Source of the DNA: Mustelus asterias | Taxonomy: Eukaryota | DNA: 64,000 bases | Assembly (NCBI RefSeq): GCF_964213995.1 | Contig: NW_027590137.1 | Span: forward strand, 1,116,001 to 1,180,000 | Direction: 5' to 3' | Shown here: one piece after another, positions 63,841 to 64,000 of the stretch | Layout: each line of letters begins with the position of its first letter | How positions within the stretch are numbered: position 1 is the stretch's first letter | Position numbers and translations under genes: made by a program | Notes under the pieces: generated by a model | The model's input: the letters and a program-made list of their open reading frames with translations, nothing else | What the model was told of the DNA's origin: nothing | Database searches by the model: none

Positions 63841-64000
63841 TGATCACAAAGCCCCGAATGCCCAGATACTAATTTCATTGGACACATATATCATATATGT
63901 AATCTATCACCATTCTGATTGGATTGCGTCCAGCCGGGATGGGTGGAGTAACTGTATAAGAATTGATGATATTCTTTGTTGGGTGGAGTTGCACATGGTC

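Overview
Eukaryotic, repeat-dense DNA. It is very probably from a cartilaginous fish (shark/ray), judging by HE1-type V-SINEs, CR1/HER1-type LINEs and shark-like Ig transmembrane exons. Four components are visible. (1) A cluster of paralogous C2H2 zinc-finger-only genes (A 4752-5393+, B 37781-38995+, C ~48561-49283-, D 57172-57762+, plus relics) that share non-coding exons, CpG promoters and 3' UTRs and are partly segmentally duplicated. (2) An island of antigen-receptor pieces (~19.7-28 kb, plus ~35.2 kb). It holds an apparently intact TCR alpha/delta-type V segment (leader, V exon, near-consensus 23-RSS), a second V pseudogene and a further V-like relic. IgH-type TM1/TM2 exons lie only ~1 kb downstream of the intact V with no D/J/C between them, and CTCF-like motifs and an intron-bearing tRNA-Pro relic are also present. 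(3) Many retroelements: CR1 LINEs (one with an intact ORF2 and a candidate -1 frameshift site), Tx1, Gypsy/ERV LTRs, Penelope ends with hammerhead-like cores, and SINEs. (4) A 187-nt assembly gap. Repeat boundaries are read by eye and approximate; no database search was possible.
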